A stretch of DNA of 64,000 bases from the human T2T-CHM13v2.0 reference genome, Homo sapiens, in NCBI RefSeq assembly GCF_009914755.1, contig NC_060948.1; one strand, 5' to 3'. The stretch's first letter is position 1. Each line of letters starts with the position of its first letter. The notes beneath the pieces are model-generated. The model saw only the letters and a list, made by a program, of their open reading frames with translations. It was not told the origin of the DNA and did not search any database. Shown here piece after piece: positions 36,260 to 51,464 of the stretch. A program made the position numbers and the translations under genes.

Positions 36260-39015
36260 GAAAGAACTACAAACACCTCCCAAAATTATTCTTCATGTTG
36301 ACATAAATAATGTTCTATCAGGAGTATATTTTAATATGTGCTTCAATAATGATCTCTCTCCATTAGAAGCCTCTAGGAGAGAAGGAATCATTGAGTTTCA
36401 ATCACACAACTATTACCAGAGACAGACTTACATTTGCTTTGAAAAACGTGCTCTTTTACAGTTTTCATTGGAGGAAATGAATATCTGACAATAGAGAACA
36501 AATTTTGTAATTCCTAAATACCTGACTAGTAGTATCATTTGTATATATATTTATTTTCATTTATCAGGAATTATTCATGCACCTACCTTAACTGTAATTA
36601 CCAACTCAGCAACGTAAAATCACACTGTACCTAAAAATACAAACAGTATCCTACTGAAGTTAAACATGCTATCATGCTGAGGTTGGGTTGCCATCTTTTC
36701 CTCTGAAACCACAAAGAGCTTCTGCATGTTACTGCCTTCAACATATGCACTTGCTAGTTTCTGTTTCCATTGTTAAAAATAGACTCCTTTGACAATCATT
36801 TTTAAATACTTTCCATCCTACAAAGCTTATTAGCTTTACTTTACACAACCATTCAGCACATATTGCTACTAAATAGTTGATTTGTCACCAAATAATGAAA
36901 CCTGTAATTTGTAGGAAGAACGGAAACCTAGGCTCCAGGAATCCCAAAGTAGAAATCCTCCTAGGAGTTATAGTAATTTGAAACTCTGCCATAGATTATT
37001 AGTGATGAAGTGATCCATAAAACTTTGTGAGAGGTACTGCGTCCGTGACATTGTGTCTAGCAAGAATAAGGGATACTCAAGATACATACTAGTTTTCACT
37101 TATTTCACATTTATACCCATGAATCTGTGACACAACTCTTCAAAATGTTGTGGATCAGCTACCCACAAGACAGGGAGAATAAGATACGACTGTACACTGT
37201 GTTCCAGACATTAAGAATTTAATCCTCAAACTCACCCAAATGAATACAGTTGGAATAATGGCTACCCACTTCTGGGTAAAATAAAATGCATTGTAAACCT
37301 TAACTTTTTCGTTAAAATGTAAGTATAGTATTAACCGTCATTGTTCATGCTATCTTTTAACCTCATTGCAGTGAAGAGAATAGTGGATGATATGCAGACC
37401 ATCACTCTCCTGCCTTTTCAGTAAAATTATAAAGGATGATTTATTGAATGTTCTTGGAGAAGCAAATTAATTTTCACAACTTTTCCAGGTTTCTCATTAC
37501 CAAGTGATCACTTCTTATAAAGAAATAGAAGACAGTTCTGCTGAATTAAAACATGATGTATCAATTGGTCTCAAATTTCTGTCTTCTGTTTTAACTGAGG
37601 CCTTTTTTGAGAATACTCAAGATATGTATTGTCTGTTTTTGTTTTGTTTTGTTTAAGTAGGAACTATGGAGCCAGAAAAAGGTGCCTTGCTGCTGAGTTA
37701 AAGTTAACAGAGGCTATACTGGTCTTACAGAAGATCCAGGGGGCAGATTGGCCAGGAGAGAAGGGCCATGGTCAAGAGCCATTAAAGTGTTCCCCTCAGG
37801 GTGCCTTAATAACAGCCGAGGCATTAGAGGGATTCCCTCTAGAGTCATCAGTTTTGATTATTTAAGTCTTTTTTCCCCCTGTTGACATATAGAGAGACAC
37901 AAAGCTAGGGAACCAATAATTCTACTCTAGTTACTGTAAGTGCTGGTATAAAATCACCAGTCTCAAAAGCCACTTGTAAATACAGGACCCATCTGACTAA
38001 AGAGTGTTCCTCTTGGGAAATATGGTGTATTATCAAAAGGGGGAATTTTGTGAACTGATACTATAGTTTAAACTCAGGTTACCGGTTCTTCCGAAGTTCT
38101 TATAATTATAGATTGAAGTGATAATGGTTTGTTTTATTCCAACTCATTGAATGTCCAGTTATATTCCGTTCTACCACTCCCAAAAATGTATTCTAAAAAC
38201 TGAAACAAACTGATGGTACTCTTTTTGAAAAGTCCATCCCCACATCTCTGCCCATCTCCACACAAAGATTTATTTTGACAAGAATAGTTTTAGTGGTACC
38301 TCACTGATGGCAATCAGTGTATTGAGTTGTAATTTTGTAAAGATTTATGAAGTTCCGATTAGCTCCATCACTGCAGTTAGAAAAGCAGTCTCATCCACAC
38401 TGTTGAAAAAGAAAGTTCTTCCTAGAAAGGGGAGGTGGCTGGCAAAGTCCAGTTGGTGAAGCATTCAGAAGACAAGAAGGTGAATTAGCAAAGTGGAAAG
38501 AGATGTTGAATGAAAATGTACACAACTTTTTATGACAAACTGGGTGTAAGTCATAGTTTATGTATAATTCTAAAGACAGAGGATTGATGGCCCTACATCA
38601 ACCTTAGTGACAGAGTAAAACAAAAGGACACACGTGCCACTGGGGTCTTTCCTAAAATACAAAGTTCCAAAAAAAAAATAAACATAGAAATAATAAACTG
38701 AGGGTGAATAAGGGACTGATGGTCAATAAGACTATCTAGAAGTCACCAAAGAAATAAAGCCATAAACAGAAAAAATGAACCATGTTTAAAGAGCTGCAGG
38801 AAGATGATCAGGTCATGCCATACAGTGTAAGTTGGGTTTGACTGGTTCAGTTGAAGCCAGAACCTACAAATAATATATGGATAACATTGATCCGCTTCCA
38901 TTTACACTTCCTGTGTAGCACAAATTTTGGCTTTCTTATTTAATGAAATAATACAGTAACAGAGTTCATGCTGATGACAAGCTATAAGTTATCTTTAGCT
39001 TTTTGCAGCCCCTCT

Positions 39016-39071
39016 TTCCTTCCTTCCTTCCTTCCTTCCTTCCTTCCTTCCTTCCTTCCTTCCTTCCTTCC
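39016..39071 (+). repeat. (TTCC)n tetranucleotide microsatellite
   Basis: About 14 units. Confidence 0.95.
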
Positions 39072-41312
39072 CTTCTTCTTTCCTTATTTTAAATTAGAAG
39101 TCCAATTGAACTATGCCTTGAGCTTTTTTTGATGTAACATACAGGCTTTAAAATGTTACTGATTGGACCGTAATGTCAGGTGGCCAATGAAAAGCACTGA
39201 ATAATTCAATCTGATTTAGTATGTCTTTGATTTGAAACTTAAAACCATGAAGTGGTATCATCTCTAGCACCCTGAGTAGGAGTAGTTCACAGAAATAGGT
39301 GATAAGTAATTTGTTTAACCACTCAGTTTTGAAATCTTTGAGAACTTAGTTGAAATAAAGACGGTGTAGTCTACAAATAAAATGAGCTAAGACTTTAAGA
39401 TCAAGCAGAGGTAAGGCCCTGAAAATTTTGAATTGATAAAGCTGATGTTGTGTTACTAATTTTTTCTGAGAAAAATGACATGGAACAAGATTTGAGACCA
39501 TCAAAAAACAAACAAAAAAAGGTACTTAATTGAATTTAAGAGAAGTTAGATTACTTTAAATTTATTTAAAGATATTTTAACATCTATGTCTGATTTCACA
39601 AAATTAAACGTTTTATAATAAAATAAACTTGTTTTGAGTTTTAAAGTCAGACAAGCATACCCACACATTATTTTTGTTAATTAGGGGAAAAGAACACAAG
39701 TTCTACTTATTGACATAGTGGCAAAATAATAAAAAGGAACATACAACTCAAATTTTTCTACACACACACAGGCATTCTAAGTGACATAGAGGGTTAATGC
39801 TATGTAGAGTGCATAAAATATTTCAGTCTTGCATCTTGTTCTTCTCTTTAAAAATAAAGAATAAATACAAGCAGAATAAAAACTAACCAAAATGAAATAA
39901 ACATTTTTTTAACAGAAGTAGAGAATAAGTCTGGATGATGTCATTGGGAAATCCACGAGGGCTAAACTTGAATGAATATACCTAAGATACTAAGAGATAT
40001 GTCTTAAAGCAGTATTTGCAAAGTAAACACACTGTTTTCAGTTACTTTACATGTGATACATTCGGCTGGGAGTGTAAGGAGGGCCACTGCTTGTCCCTGC
40101 ACTGATCCTCAGTCACAGGGTATGACGGTGATAATGAAAATTAGATAATAGGTCTGATATAGAACATTCAGATTGATGCAAGGTAATACACATCTGCAGA
40201 CATCAGGCAGAGTGCAAAGGTTCCACATTTGCAGAAAAACTATTGTTTTTTTGGAAAAAAAAGGGGGGTGTTAAATGCTGGGAGAAGTAAGCTATACCAT
40301 TACAGATCTGAGACATCTGGAGAGGGAAACTCATTATACACCGCAAGTCTTGACAGCTGGAACTTCACTGATAGCTCATGCAAACACTGTCTTTGGTGAC
40401 TACAGTTACCAATACTGTACTGTATACTTGAAAAACTTGCTCAGAGACTGGAGCTTTATTGTTCTCCCCCAAAACAAACAAACAAACAAAAAACACCCTA
40501 AACGGATACCAAACACAATGAAATTATCTTAAAGGGTATTAGAAATAATGACAAATTTCCTATAAATGAATGGCATTTACACTAGCAAGAAGTTTCTAAA
40601 AAGCAATATTAAAATAAAGAAGCAGGGTTTTTTCAAGCCATGATCTAAAATAATATATTTTTTAAAAAAACTATTGTTAAAGTGTGAGGGTGAAATAAAG
40701 ACACTTTATGTTATACAAAACTTGCAAGGATGTATTACAGACAGTTTGTTTGCTGAAATAATTTCTTAAGGTTAAGTTTTAGGAAAGAGGAAATTTCACA
40801 CAAAAGGGAAAATTCAAGAAGCAAGGTAAGTAAAGAAATTAATAAAGAAGAACGTATCCCTAAGCTAGCAATAACATTGTAAACAATAACACTAACAATG
40901 AGTATTTAAGCATATAGGTAAGGTGCACCTAAAATTCTAAACAATAGGATTAGATTTAATTACAGTTGATAGAGTTTATGGGAACAAACAAAATTATGAG
41001 CCATATACAAATAAACATTTAAAAAACACAACAATTTTCAAGGAAAAGTACTAAATTTTATTGAAGGTCATAACAAATGAAAGCCAAAATATACATAAAA
41101 AGGCAAAATGGACTAAACACATTTGTTAAACACATATAAAAATAAATCTTTATATCACAGTATACACAAGAGTAAATGGACGATGATTTTAAAAATACAT
41201 GTAAAAACCAAAGCTGCCACATTACCAGAAGAAAATATTAGAGAATAATTTATAATATCAGAAAAATACTGTTAATAAGGTTTAAAAGGCTTTCATAAAA
41301 AAGTAAAATTTT

Positions 41313-41429
41313 AGCCGGGTGTGGAGGCTCACGCCTGTAATCCCAGGACTTTGGGAGGCCAAGGTGGGCGGATCACGAGGTCAAGAGATTGAGACCATCC
41401 TGGGCAACATGGTGAAACCCATCTCTACT
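41313..41429 (+). mobile_element. Alu left arm only (AluSc-like), 3'-truncated
   Basis: ggatcacgaggtcaagagattgagaccatcc…catctctact, then unrelated sequence with no A-rich linker. Confidence 0.9.
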
Positions 41430-43179
41430 GGTTAGTAGGGATTATTTTAATTATGTTCTCTTTCATCCTCCAAACATGTTTCCCCCTACAGCATTCCACT
41501 ATTCAGAAATCACAGCACTATATACCTTGTATTTCCAGCTAGAAACATAGAGGATGATCCTTGAGGCAGCCTCTTCTCTTCACATCCAACAGTTCATAGG
41601 TTGTGTGTCCTCTCTGAAAATTTTACAGTCTTAGTAAATAAAGGCTGGCCCCTAAACAACCTTCAATCATCCACTTTTTTTTTTTTTGCAATTCTCGTCA
41701 GTTTCTTACCGAACAGCAGGAGCTCTGCAAAGTCAACGTTGAAGTAAGTACCATTCTCTGCCAGTATTACTATTTTCTTTATCACAATATAAATGTTCCT
41801 TAAAAATGCCCACATGAAGCTATACTAAGTAATACAGTTAAATGATGTCTTTGTTTTACAGAAAAGTACAAGGCAAACAGAATCAATTGTTATTATATGA
41901 TCTTTATAACTGCACACACAGGTACTAGATATTTTAGAATCCAGTTCATACATCTGAAATTTGGGCCTCAAAATATTTAGCATATGTTAAAGACTAATGT
42001 CAGATTATAGAACTGCCTGTTTCCACAGTATTGTGCTATCTCGCTTTAAGAACCAGCTGGGGAATCATTAAAAATATAAAATGTCCTTTTCTTGAACCTC
42101 TCCCAGGTGAGCCAAAAAACGAAATTTTCTGTGGAGATGTTGTCATGTGCAATTTCATGAAAACTTTTACAATTTTAACCACAGCTATGCTTCAGTGGCA
42201 TACCTGTTTATTCAATACCTGCACACCTGCTTTAATACAGAAAAATTTGGAAGTTAATACAAGTATTAACTGTTACCATCATTGGTGCTGACAACTGAAG
42301 ATGCTTTCCAATCTTCCATGAATATGTGAAATTCAAAATGTCAGTACAGTCTCCAGAATGTCAATGTAATCTTAGTAGCAGTGGATCATTTACAGAAGGT
42401 AATTTTGCCACAGTGGTCAAATATTTGTTAAATACTGCTATTTTATAGCTATCCATAACATTAACTGACACACAGTGTATAGCTAGAACCATGTTGCTAA
42501 AGAAAATGTTCACAAATAGATTTCTCATTTTTGCTAAATTGCAAACTAACAGGTTAATTACCCCTGTGAAGTACGAGATAGATGGAGTAGTATTTACCAA
42601 GAATGAGAAAGAAGAGAGGGGCATATGACTTGAGAAGGTGGGAGTGAGTAAAAGATAAGGTATTTATTCCTGACTCCTGACTTGATGTTCTTTGCTTGAT
42701 TCTTTTCTTTTTGTTGTTGTTGTTGTTGTTGTTATTTTACTTTATCTTATGTGTTAGACCAGAGTTTCACAAACACCCCCAAATAATTACATGGGGCATA
42801 ACAAATATATCCAGATAATTCTCATTATTTTCCTTCAAAATCCTGGTTCAATAATTTGAAATGAGACCTGGAGAACCAGTAATTCTAACAAGTATGATAA
42901 GTGATTGTTACCAAAATGACTATTATGAAATATTTAGACAACCAGGCAGGAGCTAGGTAATCAATATTTAATAGTTGGTTCTTACAGTAAGGGCAAAGGA
43001 TTTTATTGAAAAGACTATTTAAATGCAAGTTTTATGAAAAAGGTTGAAGTGAGCACTTTAGTACTTTCTAATTAGTGTCTTTAAAATATGTTTTGCTAAA
43101 GTGGCAAAATTATTTTTTTCATTAGAAGTTAGCATTATAGTCACAAATGTCTTCTGAGTTAGCTTTTTGAAAATCTTCA

Positions 43180-43540
43180 GATTATAAATTGTAAAAATTA
43201 TCTTTGGTGTTTATAAAACTCCAGAAAATCACTAAGAAAAATATACATAAAAATACCAGTATCTAAAAAGATCAAAATAACTCTTACAAACAGACAACAA
43301 TCTAGCCTAGGAGAAGAAAGCAGGACAGGTAAATAGATCCATTTTGGCAAAGAGGAAAGTCAAATGACCAATGAAAAATGGCTAGATGATTGAACTCATT
43401 AGTAATCTGGGAATATAAATCAAAACCACATTACGTTCCAACTTTTGTTCATTAGCTTGGCAACAATTAACATAATAACATAATAACCCTTGTAGTCAAG
43501 GGTGTAAAGAATGGTAATTTGGTTCCATCAATCACAGGAC
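43180..43540 (+). mobile_element. Old L1ME-type ORF2 3' fragment
   Basis: aaagaggaaagtcaaatgaccaat…actcattagtaatc…aaatcaaaaccaca. Confidence 0.55.
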
Positions 43541-46099
43541 TCTCTAATGATATTTAGTAAAATTAGGGTGACTAAAACTTTCATTGTTCCAACAGAAACT
43601 TTTTTAGAATAAAGAGTACTAACATACACAAAATTATTTAATATTTAATATATTATTTCCTTTCAGGCAAATTTTTATTGTATTGATGGATCTATGAAAT
43701 AGTTATCTTCCAGCTATTTTTAAAAATGAAATCCCTTCAAAAATTTAAAACCACAATTACATATCTTGAGGCAAAATAGAAAAATAATTTACATTATTTA
43801 AATATTAAAAATAGGGAGAATAATTATATAGAACATATTTATATGAATTAATCTGTTTCTTAATAATTATCTGTAGTTCTTTTCTGGAAAATGCATTTAT
43901 TTTAATATTATATTGATTTTTAAATAATGTTACTTGCAAGCTTTTCCAAAGTTGCCTCTTCCTGTCACCAATAAAAGTTATCAACAAAGTTTAGCTTTTT
44001 AAATGAACTTTAAACAACCATTTATCATATTGTTCAATTTTTTTTCTGGCACAATAATATTTCCACAGCTTTATTTTGGTGCCGATGATTGATTAAAAAT
44101 TCAAACCATGTTTTAATCAAATTTTCTGTTTGAAACATCTAAATGGCATTATTCAACTCTTTTTGAATTTCCTCTGTAGCTAATGGAGCTAACATACTAA
44201 CAATTACTGATGAATATTCCTAAGTGCAGAAAAAATAGAATTAAAAATGTACACAGTTGATTTTAAAAAATAGCAATTTGATGCAAATAAAAAGCCAAGC
44301 ATCTCGGAATTATATGCTTAATTTTTCCAAATTCACATATTAAACCTGTGAAAATGTCATCTTCAGGCATAGTTTTCTTAATGTAACTAAGTATTACCTT
44401 TTGAAATAGCAGTTGCTTTTCCCCCTCAGCGCTCTATATTTTGGATTTCAGGATATCACTTTTAGCCTGTGGTCCCAACATGGACTACAAGGCTTTATGA
44501 CTACACCATGTGTTTACTGGCACTTTTCAACCCATAATTTGATTGAAAGGGAAATCAAGTAGTTATTAATTAAATATCTACTTGCATTTTCAGGTCATTG
44601 CTGCTGAAACAGATTTTTTAAAAATAGTCATTAGCAAGCAACCTATAAATAAATAGTTGTAGGTATATGAGAGATGACAAAACCACTGTGGCCAGACGAG
44701 TTAACTACTCTCTGTGTGCTAAGCTTCTATTTCCAGCACATAATTTACGTATGTCTAGCCTATTATTTCCTTCATTTTCCCCAAACCCACCATGATGATC
44801 TGGCAATGTCGTGTAAGTGAGCCACACGGTAAAAAAAAAGAAAAGAAAAAAAAAAAACTATGTCAAATACTTTTTCCAACACAAGGCAAGACTGGAAGAA
44901 GCTAGCCATTCCTAGCCAATACTGACTCAGTGCATATTGATTTATTGTCACTCTGCCGCATGCTGTCCTTGAAAAAGAAGGACAGCATGTTATCTATGTT
45001 TGGTGTAAACTGTTAGGAAAATAAAGTTGATTTTCAGACTTATCTCCCAACTCAAGTCATCATTCTGTTAATATTTTATTTTCCTCACATACTGATAGAA
45101 TACTGACAATAGCTGCAATTATTAAACAAAATGAACATTTAACAAACATGTTTGTTCTAATCAATGTAACTTATAATAATACTTCATTAAAAATGAAAAA
45201 TCTAAGACATATGCTAAGCCAATTAGCATGGATGAACAATAGTAATAAAGTCATAGTCTTGGGGGCCAATGAGAATATTTTAACCCCTCAGAGTTAAAAC
45301 TGTACACACACTGCAGTCCAGCCATTCTTCTAATACATTCATTATAAACTCTCACACATGTGTACCCAGAGGCCTGGGCAAGATTTTTCATTGCAGGATT
45401 TCAAAAAACACATCATGGAACATGATAGTATTCAGTAGACTAAGAACTATGCCATCAATAATTGCAGCTTTCCACAAGAATGTTAACAAAAAAATGTGAA
45501 ATAATACACACCTTATAATATTCACATAAATATTAAAAATTCACAAAACACCAGTATTGTTTAGAAATAAATATTTTAATAAATTTATAAAAATATGAAG
45601 GTAATACCAGGTTCATGATAATGGTGCCTCTGGAAATGGAAAAAAGCAAATGAATCTGATGGGGTGTATCCCAATTACAACCAGAGGTAATGTAAATAGA
45701 ACAAGGAATGTATTAATGGAGGTTATTTTTAAGTTAGATTAAAATGGTATTTATTATGTTATTTAGTATTTGTATACATTTTTTAATCTTCCTCAAAAAA
45801 ATTTTATATGAACAATATTCTGTATAAATTGGAATTACCTTGTGAAGTAATTGCTTTAAAATTTCCCTGTCCCCATTGCCACTTTCAGCGAATAAAAAAA
45901 ATTAAAAATTGAAGAATGTGTTACCTTTCAAAAAAAAATTTTACATTTATAAGTATGAAACAAAATGCATTACCAGCACATCACATTTTTTGACTCATTA
46001 TCCATGTAAAATCATGTAGCAAAAAATGAGAGAAGGACATAGGCAGAATTTGACATATGAATAGAGGAAATAATTGCATGTTTATTTAAAATATCTTCA

Positions 46100-46905
46100 T
46101 AAGACATAAAAGTGTCCAAGAAACATAAAAAAAGTGCTCAACATCACTGATCATCAGAGAAATGCAAACAAAAATCACAACAAGTTACCATTTCATACCA
46201 GTCAGAATGACTATTATTATTATTAAATAACCAAAATAAAAAAATAACGAAGGTAGGCAAGGCTACGTAGGAAAAGAAATACTTATACAGTGGTGGAGAG
46301 AATGTTCAGCCACTGTGGAAAGCAGTTTGGGGATTTCTAAAACACTAACAATAGAACTACCATTTCACCCAGCAATCCTATTGCTCGGTATATGCTCAAA
46401 CGAAAATAAATCATGAAAGCTACCAAAAAGACACAAGAATTCTCATACTCATCACCATGTTAAAGAGATGGAATCAACCTAGGAGCACATCCATGTGCTC
46501 CTAAAGAAAATATGGTACATATGAACAGTGGAATAGTACACAGCTGTAAAAAGAACAAAATCATGTCCTTTGCAGCAACATGGATGCATCTGGAGGTAAT
46601 TAACCTGAGCAAATTAATGCTGAAAAAGAAAATCAAATATTGAATATTCTCATAAATAGGAGCTAAAACGTGGGTGCACACAGAAATAAAGATGAGAACA
46701 ATAGACACTGGAGACTTCAAAAGAGGGACAGAGGGAGAGGGGCAGGGGCTGAAAACCTTCCTATTAGGTAGTAGGTTCACTCTCTGGGTGATAGGATCAA
46801 TAGAAGACTAAACATCAGCATCACGCAATAACCTTTGTAACAAGCCTGCACATGTACTCTCTGAATATATAATAAATGTGGAAATACAAAATAAAATAAA
46901 AATAT
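46100..46905 (+). mobile_element. Older primate L1 3' end (L1PA15/16- or L1PB-like)
   Basis: gctcaacatcactgatcatcagagaaatgcaaa…catgtcctttgcagcaacatggatg…ctgcacatgtactctctgaat plus A-rich tail. Confidence 0.88.
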
Positions 46906-49493
46906 TATTAATGGAAATAAATTATTATTAATATTATCATATAAACATTATTAAAGGGAATAAATTACATTTTAGAATTGACATTATTGCAGTCATACAT
47001 GATTGAAACATGCTGATAAAATCTATATAAGCTTTATGGAAACAGTGAATAGTCTCCTGACTGCCTTTAAAAGTATAAAAGATGGGATAGCAACCTTTAT
47101 GCACATTAACTAGACTTTAGTTGCACTAATTAAGACAGCAAGAGCTGAGTAAATCAAATGATAATAGACAAGTTGTAATTGATGTCAAAATTCTACCTTA
47201 TTATATATCAACTTCGAAATCATAGCCCAAGTTTTTTTCTATTTTGAGAAACATCACTCTACTAATATATAGAACAAAGATAGATTTTTGCATGATTTCA
47301 ATAAAGCACATTTCTTCTTCAAATATGATAAGCACTTTCCAATCCATAAAACACTGTTAGAGAAAACTGACAATCAGGCTAGACACACATTTCAAAGAGC
47401 CTATGATGTTACAAATCACTTATGCCTCACTCTTGCGTCACCATGATAATGCAAAGCACTTAGATGGTGTTTCTTAGCTTGAAAGAGCCTAGGAACTTTA
47501 ACTAATTAATCCTTAGACTAACCAGTGAGAAAGTGATAAGAAGCCCTGTGAAGAGATCATTTAACTATATAATTCACACTTGCTTAAATGTAATTCAGCA
47601 TATGTGCCATGTTGTGTTTTCCTAGCTTTCTATTTCAGTCTTCAGAGAAATAATATTTATCTGTGAATATATGATGCATAGGCATCTATTATGAATAAAA
47701 TTATGTCGACTGCACTCTCTCTGCCACTAAAAGGTAACAGATGTACATACAGCCAATACATAAAAAAATCTGGTACATTCTGCTGTATTTTCTTTTCTTA
47801 TTCATTTCATATATTATTTTCAGGTATTTCAGAGTGGACTTGTTAGATTTGAATAGGCTAAAGCTTTTTGAAAGAGGAATATACAATTCTCTTGTTAATT
47901 TTTATAATTTTTTTTTGAAAGTGAATAAAAATTAAACTTTTATGATTATGCTGAATGTAAAAGAATATCATATGTGAATGCTTCACCCAAATGAAAGAAT
48001 ATTTAATATTCAACTTAGAATTCTCTCTAGTAGGATTTCCTTCTCTGCAGGTAGCTGGCTACAGAGATCTACCAAAACAAATGTATTTCTGCGGTAAATA
48101 CCAGCACTGGCTTACTCCAGAAAGAACTCTTTTAGTCTGTAAAGAACAGTACATCTTTTCCCTGAGCAGAATAAATACTTACCCAGTTTTGCTGTTCCAC
48201 TAAAAAATCAATTAAAGTAAGTCAGTTCCTTTTTTATTACAAAGAAAATCTGGTTAATTTCTAATTACTTGTACTAAATCTATTCTCTATAACTATCTAA
48301 AATTACATAGACATACACACAGGCATAGAAAAGAAAGAGTACAATTGGAAGACCAAATAATGTGTACATGTGATCTGTTAAAAAAAAAACTTTCTACTCT
48401 ACTATTTTCATTATAGGTTATAGTGTAATTCAATAAATGACCTATTTTAAATTAGTGCCTAAAACATCACTTGAAAAAGTGTGTACAATGCAAGAAACAT
48501 TTCCCTATGCATACACTTTATTTGTAAATACATTTATACTGTAGAGTTAAAATGGTTAACTTTGTTGTCAAAGACTGATACCGGCTAAAATTTTGTTTCT
48601 TAATATATGTATCCCATTTGTTGTTTTGTATCCTATAAACCCTTTATGCTATATCTAAGACTTAAAATGTTTTAAACATTGGATGTTGGTCTTTAGTGGG
48701 AGTGGGGGTGGGAGGGCCCCATGCAGTTGCTGTCTGGGAGATCTTATCTAAAGAAAGAAGTTAGTAACAGGCAGCTGCATGGGCAGTGGTCCAGTGCCAG
48801 GTTTTCAGCTAACACATGTGTAAGTTTCTCAGGAATTCTCAGAAGTATTTGAGGGAAATGAAACTGGTTTACCAATGCTCTTTTAAAAAACCAGGTAAAG
48901 AACATCCTGCAGTGTCCTGAGGAGAAAAATGAGCAAGGCACATGCTTTCAGATGAGAAACATACTAGGTGATTGCAGGATAATAGAAATCTCAAGCAGCA
49001 GTTTCACCTGAGGAGCAAAAATACACCCTTAAAGTAGCTGCATAAACTAGAATCTGGTAAGACTCCAAAAAACCAAAGCGTGGGCAAAGCTGGCTAGAAA
49101 CAACTGGACTCAACATGGTGTTGGATTTAAGCTAGGTTTCACCTTGGAGAAAATAGCAAAAAAAAAAAAAAAAAAAGTCACTGTTATTACCATGCTGCTC
49201 TGCTACTACCATGCAACAGAGCAACTGATCAAAGGCAGCAACTGCGTAACTATGGCTGGTTCACATGTGAAAACTAGAAATCCCTGTTTATTTAATTCAT
49301 GTTTACTTTTTCTATTCATATAGAAGCCAAAAGCATTCCTTACTGACACAGTGTTTCATTTTTCTTCCTTATTCTCCACCGGTTATTTTCTTACCACATT
49401 AGTTATAGTTTATAACTTATTTTGTCAAATATATGCAATGAGGTAACACTGCAGTATTGCAGAAAGCACACTGCTTTGGAAACAGACTCGTAC

Positions 49494-50273
49494 TGAAACG
49501 GGAAAATGTCCCTCACCTCCCATCACCGAGCGAGCAGTTAGGACAGGTTGTGGGGCTCCGATCCCAAGCAGCATCTAGGGGTGAATGTTTACAGCTCCTG
49601 AATCCCCAGCGGGCATGTGTTACACACTGATAATTTAGTTTCTCCATGTGTAGGTGGCTTGTGTTAGCTCAATTAGGTAGGCTGCCTTACTGAAAAGACA
49701 GAGGGCTTTCTGGATCCCGGGGCTTCCTGCTTTGGTGTACCTGAAGGATTGTCTCACACGTGGGCTTGGAGAATGAGTGCAAGGTTTAATTGAGTGGTAG
49801 TTCTCAGCAGATGGATGGAGAGCCAGAAGGGAGATGAAGTGAGAAGGTGGTTTTCCCTTGGAATGTGGCAGGTCAGCACTCTCCTCCCACAGCCCCAAGG
49901 AACTCTGTGTTCTTCTGCGATGGATGTTGTGCCGCCTCAGTCCTTGTGCTCTTCATTCTCTGGTATCTTCTCAAGGTCCAGTTGCTGTGACTTCTTCTGC
50001 TGATGGTTCCACTCGATGTCCAGCTGCTGTTGACTCTCCCTGCTAGAGTCTCAGAGTTTCTTATAGCACAGGATGGGGGTATGGCAGGCCAGGGTGGTCT
50101 TGGAAAATGCAACACTTGGGCAAAAAAACAGAAGCGCATGTACTCACCATTTGGGCAAGAAAACAGAAGTGCATGTCCTCACCTAGGTCAGTAAGCATAG
50201 GCATAAGGGTGGAGCCCTAACCAAGAACCACACCCTCCACTACCAGGCACTTCCCTGTCCCCCATCCATATCA
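49494..50273 (-). mobile_element. Solo LTR1-family (HUERS-P2) ERV1 LTR
   Basis: Minus strand TGATATGGATGGGGGACAGGGAAGTG … ATTTTCCCGTTTCA. TSD GTAC/GTAT. Internal tandem duplication of about 35 bp near 50117-50183. Confidence 0.8.
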
Positions 50274-51464
50274 GTATTTTTTAAATTTAAAACTCCAAAA
50301 ATAGTACCCAAATCCTTTAAAGAAGATAATTGGAGAAAATGGCATTAGAAGAGCCAGTCTGGGATTAGGGTCACTATATGGAAAATGAAAGCACAGAGAG
50401 CATGTCCTGCAGGCCACGGAATCACTGCGGAAACATATCCCCTACTGAGAAGGAGAGGGAAACTAACTGGCTTCTCTCATCTTGTTCTCTAATCTCTGCA
50501 GTGTTACCCCTTGACTGAGCTGAAACAGGAAGAAATTTTTATGGGAGCCTAGGAACCCTGCTTCCCAGAGACCAGGCATCTCTGTTACAGAACAGTACTA
50601 GCAAGAGGTGAGTGATGTATCTGTGCACGTACAAACCCAGTACCTCACACAAAGGAGTATCAGAGACAAGTATATTATCAAGGGATCAAGAGAGAAGTAG
50701 TCTCAGGAATGATTCATGCATATTTGTGAAAAGACCAAAAAGTAAAATAGAGCTCATGAGGTAATAAACAACAAGAACGTAAAGAAAAACAGGCAAAATT
50801 GTAAAGTCCAGGGTATTTACCTTTCCTTTATAGGATTCTGAAAATCCTTTCCAGAATCCTTTTTCCAATATCTTCCATTCATGGATTCATTCAAGAAATA
50901 TGTATTGAGCTAGTATGGTATAAGAATTGGGCAAATGGCATCATATACACTGTTAGTACTTCTATTACTGATAGAAAGAATGTTTCTTTTTTTTCTACAA
51001 TGTTTTTCTCCCAGACATTCTTCTTACAGATTGGTATCCTTACAGATGCAGTCAATCGTTCCTGCCCTAAGAAGGTTCCCCAAACCCCTGTAAACCCGGT
51101 TAAGAACTTACTTCCTCTCCAATTAAGTTACTAAATTGTTTCTATTGTAACACTTGTCAGAGTACATTGCAATTTTTGCTCTTCTCTCATCGTCCAATTA
51201 AACTATGAATATTTTGAAGGAAAAGTCTATAAACACAATGGCTTGACATTTGTCAATATTTATTGTATAAAAGGTTATTAGATATTTATATATAATAGTC
51301 TAACATATTTATCCTAATTTTTGGAAAACAATGTAAACAATGTTAATTGACCATTCCCCATGAATTGCTCAACTTAAACAATGTCTATGCTTTTGAAGCA
51401 ATTATACAAACTTCCAAAAGACATCTGAAAGAGTTTTTATTTCAATTTTTTTTGTTGTTGTTAT

